From sequence record MN445185.1: a stretch of 64,000 nt of DNA; one strand, written 5' to 3'. The notes under the pieces are model-generated. The model was not told the origin of the DNA. It saw only the letters and a program-made list of their open reading frames with translations, and did no database searches. Position 1 is the stretch's first letter; every line of letters starts with the position of its first letter. Positions 63,193 through 64,000 of the stretch are shown here, piece by piece. The position numbers and the translations under genes were made by a program.

Positions 63193-64000
63193 ATGTCTTT
63201 TACTTTGCGTTGGAAAAATCCAAACGTAATCCCTACGGTAGTAAAAATCTACCGTGACGTTAAAGATATCACACCAAGCGCTTTGCCTGAACCGATTGCA
63301 ACGCTCTCAAATGGCGAGACAGAATGGCGTGATGCCACCGCCAAACCAGGCGCAATCTATTATTACCTTCTAACGGTAACCGCCAACGGTAAAACAGTAG
63401 CGTCGTCTAGCCAGAAATATACTGTTGAGGTAAAACGCGGGATAGGCCCAATGACTATTCTAAACGGTAACGACCGTTTAGGGTTTATGGGTGAGGTTCC
63501 TTACGACGAACAATGGCTTCCGTCGCAAATGCCACCTGCATTTTTGGCGATGTTCCCTAATCTATTAACCGATCGCGTGGCGTTGTATAAATTTACCCGA
63601 AACGGGAAGATCTATTACATGCTATCTAACACGTCGCAGTTCCCGAATACGCCTGTGGACTGGGCTTCCCTCTATCAAGCTGGTTTAGTCTATGGTACGG
63701 GCGATGCTGGCCCAGAGAACGGCCATGGAACGCTACCGGCCACTCCACAAGACGCTAAGATAGTCCACAAAGGGGATACGTACATCATGCGTCTTCCTCG
63801 CGGCCTGACGATGTCTAGCGAGCCTCCTGCGTATCCTTTCGTAGCTGACTATAATGGGAAAACCCATGATGAAATCGCTTCTCTAACCAACCCGTGTGAG
63901 TATAACGATTTACTTTACACGATGGTTAACGAGGTGCCGTGGAAACAGCGTTGGGCTAACTGGGCAACGAACAGTTATACTTTTCTGGGGCAGGGTACTT
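63193..64000 (+). CDS. Virion protein (partial, runs off the window): FN3-like N-domain plus the C-domain family of 61769
   Basis: LRWKNP...KIYR...YYY.LTV (FN3-like); GFMGEV...LYKF...W.SLYQAGLVYGTG; open to the window end. Confidence 0.7.
   Translation, partial: MSFTLRWKNPNVIPTVVKIYRDVKDITPSALPEPIATLSNGETEWRDATAKPGAIYYYLLTVTANGKTVASSSQKYTVEVKRGIGPMTILNGNDRLGFMGEVPYDEQWLPSQMPPAFLAMFPNLLTDRVALYKFTRNGKIYYMLSNTSQFPNTPVDWASLYQAGLVYGTGDAGPENGHGTLPATPQDAKIVHKGDTYIMRLPRGLTMSSEPPAYPFVADYNGKTHDEIASLTNPCEYNDLLYTMVNEVPWKQRWANWATNSYTFLGQGT

Noticed and set aside
1-64000. tRNA, rRNA, integrase, transposase, reverse transcriptase, intron or intein
   Set aside because: No cloverleaf or T-loop context, or catalytic motifs, recognised by eye; tRNAscan-SE and HMM searches would be needed to exclude them formally

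Overview
This is a 64-kb segment of a lytic jumbo myophage of the phiKZ-related, nucleus-forming type (Chimalliviridae). It most resembles Salmonella phage SPN3US and its relatives; this assignment is from recalled gene order and sequence, not a database search. Nearly all genes are on the + strand; only the DnaB-like helicase and the portal are on the - strand. Layout: virion genes (0.1-5.7 kb); a small early island; the core block of helicase, major capsid protein, non-virion RNAP beta-N subunit, portal, baseplate genes and RuvC (8-25 kb); a large accessory region (25-55 kb) with at least 4 clear and 2 degenerate GNAT acetyltransferases, Dam, dTMP kinase, an XRE regulator, SLOG, PP-loop and DUF488-like proteins, a truncated HslU, and a three-gene module ending in a 1005-aa GH8/BcsZ-like glycanase; then a tandem array of paralogous tail/baseplate proteins (55.6-64 kb). 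I found no tRNA, rRNA, CRISPR array, integrase, transposase, intron or intein. The most promising leads are: (1) a shared N-terminal 'socket' domain that may attach different payloads, including a candidate cellulase, to the virion; (2) a bipartite TAC-N15-T(A/G)TG promoter fused to terminator U-tracts; (3) a three-copy early cassette with a covarying 5' hairpin and a conserved pre-SD motif; (4) GNAT expansion, including two GNATs coupled to a protease-processed head-type protein. All functional calls come from motifs read by eye.
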